Source of the DNA: a virus | Strand: one strand, 5' to 3' | DNA length: 5,823 bases | Virus record (IMG/VR): IMGVR_UViG_3300045988_006127 | Location: 1 to 5,823 of that record | Shown: positions 5,599-5,823 of the stretch, one piece after another | How positions within the stretch are numbered: the first letter of the stretch is position 1 | Layout: every line of letters starts with the position of its first letter | Notes under the pieces: generated by a model | Database searches by the model: none | Told to the model about the DNA's origin: nothing | What the model saw: only the letters and a program-made list of their open reading frames with translations | Position numbers and translations under genes: made by a program

Positions 5599-5710
5599 TG
5601 TTGAAAGTTTTGTTGAAAGCTTGTTGAAATGTTGAAAGTTCGTCAAAATGACGAAAAGCATTGTACAACTTTATGTTGAAAACCTGTTGAAAGTGTTGAA
5701 AGTGTTGAAA
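5599..5710 (+). repeat. Iteron-like array: eight direct copies of TGTTGAAA in two clusters of four
   Basis: Exact TGTTGAAA at 5599, 5611, 5622, 5630 and at 5674, 5685, 5694, 5703 (start-to-start spacings 12, 11, 8, 44, 11, 9, 9). One degenerate copy AGTTGAAA at 5545. All copies have the same orientation. Scanning by eye, I found no exact copy in the coding regions. Confidence 0.85.
5639..5655. promoter_or_regulatory. Small hairpin centred between the two iteron clusters
   Basis: TTCGTCA (5639-5645), loop AAA, TGACGAA (5649-5655), a 7-bp stem. It is followed by the 8-nt palindrome TTGTACAA (5661-5668). Confidence 0.6.
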
Positions 5711-5724
5711 ACGCGCACAGCGCT

Positions 5725-5823
5725 AATAATGAATGGATTAGCCGAGCTCCGCATACGCTACGCACGGCAAGGCGCTAAAGCGCCATTCAAACCAAAAAAC
5801 AATTGACAAGCGACAAAAAAAAT
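5725..5823. repeat. Terminal direct repeat, copy B (identical to 1-99)
   Basis: Same 99-nt string as 1-99. It cuts the promoter between the -35 and -10 elements, as expected for an arbitrary linearisation point and not a biological end. Confidence 0.95.

Larger units (their letters stand above)
1..5724 (+). other. Complete circular Microviridae (gokushovirus-like) ssDNA phage genome, unique unit 5,724 nt
   Basis: 99-nt exact terminal overlap. Full microvirus core set (VP1, VP2, VP3, VP4, VP5-like, J/VP8-like), all on one strand and tightly packed or overlapping. The size is typical of the family. Confidence 0.9.

Noticed and set aside
5599-5710. CRISPR array or tandem satellite interpretation of the TGTTGAAA repeats
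   Set aside because: The repeat unit is only 8 nt with 0-4 nt spacers (36 nt between the clusters), far below CRISPR repeat and spacer sizes. The spacing is irregular, so it is not a simple tandem satellite.
1-5823. Temperate lifestyle / integration module
   Set aside because: There is no integrase, recombinase or att-like duplication. All ORF space is accounted for by the core genes, the peptidase and the mini-ORFs.

Overview
The window is one complete circular ssDNA phage genome of the family Microviridae, with gokushovirus-like gene content. The first 99 nt (1-99) are identical to the last 99 nt (5725-5823), so the unique unit is 5,724 nt and the repeat is most likely a circular-contig overlap. 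All convincing genes are on the + strand. From a consensus sigma70-type promoter at 79-107 the order is: LAS/M15-family zinc peptidase (133-525), two small unknown ORFs (610-732, which the ORF track missed, and 735-962), a 40-aa highly basic J/VP8-like protein ending PMRGGIRL (946-1068), a VP5-like small protein (1087-1326), scaffold VP3 (1376-1717), major capsid VP1 (1714-3378, GTG start), pilot protein VP2 (3418-4278) and HUH replication initiator VP4 (4275-5294, GTG start). Hairpin plus T-run terminators follow the VP5-like gene and VP1. About 560 nt of contiguous non-coding DNA (5295-5724 plus 1-132) is the most unusual part. It holds four consecutive strong hairpins, one of them a textbook intrinsic terminator oriented on the minus strand. 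It also holds a ~50-nt perfectly alternating Py/Pu GC tract and an AT-rich block with eight direct copies of TGTTGAAA in two clusters flanking a small hairpin. The main leads are the M15 cell-wall peptidase under its own consensus promoter and the iteron/hairpin control region. Nothing here could be checked against databases. Family assignments rest on motifs read from the translations and on my recall of Microviridae proteins.
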